Of a stretch of DNA of 64,000 nucleotides, positions 60,600 through 64,000 are shown in pieces. Position 1 is the first letter of the stretch, and every line of letters starts with the position of its first letter. The DNA comes from an uncultured Methanocellaceae archaeon. Lineage in GTDB: Archaea > Halobacteriota > UBA148. The notes beneath the pieces are model-generated. The model did not search any database. It was not told the DNA's origin and worked only from the letters and a program-made list of their open reading frames with translations. The DNA is taken from the NCBI GenBank assembly GCA_964482255.1, contig CAYZWV010000001.1, forward strand, positions 3,229-67,228, given 5' to 3'. The position numbers were made by a program, and so were the translations under genes.

Positions 60600-60673
60600 T
60601 GGGCCCGATGCGATTCGAACGCATGATCTTCGCCGTGTAAAGGCGACGTCATAACCAACTAGACCACGGGCCC
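60600..60673 (-). tRNA. tRNA-Val (TAC), intron-less
   Basis: Reverse complement GGGCCCGTGGTCTAGTTGGTTATGACGTCGCCTTTACACGGCGAAGATCATGCGTTCGAATCGCATCGGGCCCA folds as a canonical cloverleaf with anticodon TAC. Confidence 0.8.
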
Positions 60674-60895
60674 AGAGTAGAGATCTCATTTATCCTTCTA
60701 ATCTCTTCATTTCAAAGGAAAAACTGAGTTTTCCTCACGATATATTTATTCTTTCTTATACTATCCTATTTTTAGTAACATATTATTCTATCGCAAGGTT
60801 AGTCTATCGCAAGGCTTAACTAAGTGTTTTTTATATATGCTACTAAGGTATATATTACTGAGAAGAATAATCGCTTCGGAGGTTTTCACCAAAAA

Positions 60896-61204
60896 ATGAG
60901 TTCAGAAATGTGTGCTGTTTGCGGCTTACCAATCGAGCTTTGTGTCTGCGAGGAAGTGGCAAAAGAGCAACAGAGAATAGCGATAAAGTTGAACAGGAGG
61001 AGGTATGGGAAGGAGGTTACAATCGTAGAGGGCCTCGACCCTCATGACATTGACATTGAGGAACTTTCCAGTCATTTAAAGTCAAAGCTTGCATGCGGTG
61101 GAACAACCAAACAAGGGCAAATAGAACTTCAAGGAAATCACAAAGATATGGTGAAAAAGATACTCATAGATAGGGGTTTTACAGCAGAACAGATAAGGTC
61201 ATAA
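60896..61204 (+). CDS. Translation initiation factor aIF1 / SUI1
   Basis: SUI1 domain ([20 protein letters not shown]...[18 protein letters not shown]) with an N-terminal Cys motif. Confidence 0.85.
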   Translation: MSSEMCAVCGLPIELCVCEEVAKEQQRIAIKLNRRRYGKEVTIVEGLDPHDIDIEELSSHLKSKLACGGTTKQGQIELQGNHKDMVKKILIDRGFTAEQIRS

Positions 61205-61600
61205 TCCTTACTGTTCGTAGATTATCTTTTTCAAATATCAGACCCTTCGTTATTGTATGGCTTTATACCCCCCATCCACGGAATGGGGCAGTTTCATGGA
61301 ACTCCATCCATGTATCATCATCAAAATAGATAATGAACATTCTACTGATTTTTGCTTTATATAAACATAGGTTCCAACGGTATAAGATTATATTAGCAAC
61401 TCAACTATTGGTGTGCACCACTCGTTTCTTGAACATCAAAATATAATACAAAATTAGCGACAGAAGGAGTTATGTTCAGCGCATCACATACAGGGTTGAG
61501 CTTGTCCTATTTCTCATTGGGCGCTGTAAATAATGTAAGGATGGGCACTGCCCCGTCCTAATTACAACTACGAATGCTGCAAGGATCTTCCTTTTCATGT

Positions 61601-62407
61601 CTACTCAGCTTTTGGGTATGATCCCAGTATTCTAAGCATCCCTGCTTTTTTCTTTATTTCCTTCAAAGCCCTTTGGACCTTTTCATCCATGATATGTCCC
61701 TCCATGTCGATATAGAACAAATAATCGCCCAGTGCTTTCTTCGTTGGTCTGGACTCTATCTTTGTCAGATTGATATCTCTTGATGCAAACTCTCCCAACA
61801 TCTTATAGAGTGCTCCTGGTCTATCTTTTTGCAAATACACGACTACTGAAGTTTTATCCTTAAATGTAGGCTCAGGGACCGTTTTTCCGAGTACGATGAA
61901 CCGCGTGTAATTCTCTTTTTGGTTTTGTAAATCTCGTAAGAGTACATTCAAATTATACTTGGCCGCAGAATCCTCCGATGCAATGGCAGCCATTTCTTTG
62001 GACTCAGATGCCCGTTTTGCAGCACTTGCGGTACTCATTGTTTCTACGATTTCAATTTCTCCAAAGCGATTTTTGATTGAATGCCTGCACTGCGCCAATG
62101 CTTGAGGATGTGAAAGTATGATTTTGATATCTGAAATTTTTTCCTTTGCCAACAGACAATGTCGAATTGGGACTACCACTTCGCCGGCTATTTTAACATC
62201 GTATTTGAGCAGCGCATCGAGTGTCCTCCCCACCGATCCTTCGAGCGAATTTTCTATGGGCACTACCCCATAGTCTACATCTTCATTGACTACAGCCTCT
62301 ACAACGTCGAAAACATCATCAAAATATTGCAGCTCTGCTGTAGATTCCCACTTTTTTGCAGCTTTTTCTGAAAATGTCCCCTCTGGTCCCAGCAGTCCAA
62401 GTATCAT
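61601..62407 (-). CDS. pheA: Prephenate dehydratase with C-terminal ACT domain
   Basis: PDT domain (ILGLLGPEGTFSE...) plus ACT (VVYLQKDRPGALYKMLGEFASRDINLTKIESRP). Confidence 0.85.
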   Translation of the reverse strand: MILGLLGPEGTFSEKAAKKWESTAELQYFDDVFDVVEAVVNEDVDYGVVPIENSLEGSVGRTLDALLKYDVKIAGEVVVPIRHCLLAKEKISDIKIILSHPQALAQCRHSIKNRFGEIEIVETMSTASAAKRASESKEMAAIASEDSAAKYNLNVLLRDLQNQKENYTRFIVLGKTVPEPTFKDKTSVVVYLQKDRPGALYKMLGEFASRDINLTKIESRPTKKALGDYLFYIDMEGHIMDEKVQRALKEIKKKAGMLRILGSYPKAE

Positions 62408-62509
62408 GATTGTTTTTACGATACGGAGATATAAATAAACAGAGCACTCTTTTTCAATATTGTTGATGTATGTATTTGTACACAAAAGTATTATATAGTA
62501 CTTTAAAGA

Positions 62510-63895
62510 TTGTTTATGGGTATGGAAGATTACATGGACCTAGAGGAAAATGTACTGACGAATAGTATTAGGAGAGTCGATGTACATTTTGATCCCTTAA
62601 AAATTTACTCCACGATAAAGGAGCGTTCTGAAGGTAAGAGTTTCCTTTTAGAGTCCGTTGAAGGAGGAGCTAGAACTGCGAGGTACTCTTTCATTGGCTT
62701 CGATCCGATCTTTGAATTTAGATCAAAGGGCAAAACAGTGGAAGTCAATGGCGATAGTTACAAAGTGGAGAACCCATACAGAGAACTTGAGAGGATTTTC
62801 AAGCGCTTTAGATGTGGAAGAATAGAAATACTCCCCTTTTCAGGAGGAATGGTCGGCTTCTTATCTTACGATATCGTGAGGTTTTTTGAAGAAATTCCAG
62901 ATTTGCTTGAAGACGACCTAAAGTTTCAAGACTCCCATTTTATCATTCCCTCCCGTATCCTATGTTTTGACCATATAAAGAGGGAGACAGTCCTCGTTTC
63001 CTATGCTAAAGAGGCAGAAAAGATTGAAAAAATAATTGAAAAAAGTTTTGACATAGGGGAATTTTCTCTATCTTCTACTAAGAGCAATATGAGTAAAGAG
63101 GATTTTGAAAATAGTGTGATAAAAGCGAAAGAATACATTGAGGACGGGGACATATTCCAGACCGTCATTTCAAGAAGGCTGACAGGAAAGTATGAAGGCG
63201 ATCTGTTACATTCCTACAAGATTCTACGTGAGATTAATCCGTCTCCGTACATGTTCTATCTGGATTTTGGTGAGACCAAAGTCGCTGGCTCTTCACCAGA
63301 GATGTTGGTCAGGCTTAGGGATGAAGAACTAATGCTTAGACCCTTGGCTGGAACACGTCCGAGAGGCGTAGATGCAGAAGAGGATGAAAAATTGAAATTG
63401 AACATGTTGTTGGACGCAAAAGAAAGAGCAGAACATATAATGCTGGTAGACTTGGGAAGAAATGATCTTGGAAGAGTTGCTGAGTACGGAAGCGTTAAGG
63501 TCAATGATCTCTGCAGTGTGGAAAAATACTCCCACGTCCAACACATCGTTTCAAACATCACAGCTAGGCTCAAAAAAGAGAAGAGTGCCTTTGACGCTCT
63601 TCGTGCAACGTTCCCAGCAGGAACGGTGTCCGGTGCGCCAAAGATCAGAGCCATGGAGATCATCGAAGAATTGGAGAAGAATAAAAGAGGTCCATATGCC
63701 GGAGCTGTGGGGTATTTCGATTTCTCAGGAAATATGGATTTTGCAATAACGATCAGAACCATGTTTGCGCTGGGAAATAAAGCACACTTCCAGGCTGGTG
63801 CAGGCATCGTTGCAGAATCAGATCCGGAGAGGGAGTTTTACGAGACGAAGCATAAGTTGGGCTCCTTGGTTAGCTCAGTGGAGGCAGATAAATGA
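62510..63895 (+). CDS. trpE: Anthranilate synthase component I TrpE
   Basis: LLESVEGG...RYSFIG N-terminal regulatory motif plus a chorismate-binding C-terminal domain. Confidence 0.9.
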   Translation: MFMGMEDYMDLEENVLTNSIRRVDVHFDPLKIYSTIKERSEGKSFLLESVEGGARTARYSFIGFDPIFEFRSKGKTVEVNGDSYKVENPYRELERIFKRFRCGRIEILPFSGGMVGFLSYDIVRFFEEIPDLLEDDLKFQDSHFIIPSRILCFDHIKRETVLVSYAKEAEKIEKIIEKSFDIGEFSLSSTKSNMSKEDFENSVIKAKEYIEDGDIFQTVISRRLTGKYEGDLLHSYKILREINPSPYMFYLDFGETKVAGSSPEMLVRLRDEELMLRPLAGTRPRGVDAEEDEKLKLNMLLDAKERAEHIMLVDLGRNDLGRVAEYGSVKVNDLCSVEKYSHVQHIVSNITARLKKEKSAFDALRATFPAGTVSGAPKIRAMEIIEELEKNKRGPYAGAVGYFDFSGNMDFAITIRTMFALGNKAHFQAGAGIVAESDPEREFYETKHKLGSLVSSVEADK

Positions 63896-64000
63896 CAATT
63901 GACAAACAGAAAGTCCTTGTAATTGACAACTATGATTCCTTCGTCTACAATTTAGTGCAATATGTCGGAGAACTTGGTGCAAGCATCTCAGTCATGAGGA
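63892..64000 (+). CDS. trpG: Anthranilate synthase component II TrpG (glutamine amidotransferase), 5' fragment
   Basis: ATGA overlap with the trpE stop. N-terminus [24 protein letters not shown] is typical of GATase class I. Confidence 0.7.
   Translation, partial: MTIDKQKVLVIDNYDSFVYNLVQYVGELGASISVMR

Noticed and set aside
63256-63807. 183-aa minus-strand ORF
   Set aside because: Lies inside trpE on the opposite strand. trpE identity is unambiguous.

Overview
This 64 kb window is an archaeal (euryarchaeal-type) chromosomal segment. Lineage is not determinable from sequence alone. The PGF-CTERM/archaeosortase, cbiMNQO, NikR and intron-bearing tRNA content fits a methanogen or related Euryarchaeota.

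Gene content is dense and mostly housekeeping. Replication and repair genes are MCM (partial), TBP, Hjc, a solo Cas4-like nuclease, RNase HII, an EndoQ-like PHP protein, GINS-PriS, PriL-PCNA and a GAN/RecJ-like protein. The conserved L44e-S27e-aIF2alpha-Nop10-PAC2 operon is present, as are TFS, aIF1, ThrRS, NAC, and tRNA-modification enzymes TrmI, a TrmJ-like protein, MtaB and a TrmO-like protein.

Metabolism and transport:
- ThiC, GTP-PEPCK, geranylgeranyl reductase with a ferredoxin.
- An argC-CBS-argJ-argB cluster plus a LOR/SDH protein.
- PheA, TrpE-TrpG, MoaC, Nnr, dCTP deaminase.
- TrkA-TrkH-TrkA, an NfeD-stomatin pair, TatA.
- cbiMNQO next to a PGF-CTERM surface protein, an ABC importer with an embedded His-tailed TrmO-like gene, and NikR.
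- An artA-pssD-pssA operon.

Four tRNAs are present. Three carry anticodon-loop introns. No rRNA, CRISPR or IS elements were seen.

Unusual items:
- Two identical ~1.07 kb direct repeats, 11.4 kb apart, each carrying a YbaY-like lipoprotein gene; they differ by one A in a homopolymer.
- A ClpP-fold SDH-family protease tightly coupled to a 60-aa ORF with a strong Shine-Dalgarno sequence.
- A 37-aa Cys4 mini-ORF overlapping both neighbours in a metal-uptake operon.
- A frameshifted PIN gene.
- Several orphan proteins in AT-rich spacers: 57022-57963, 42017-42325 and 41310-41585.
- In-frame 24-nt tandem duplications in tatA and in the permease gene.
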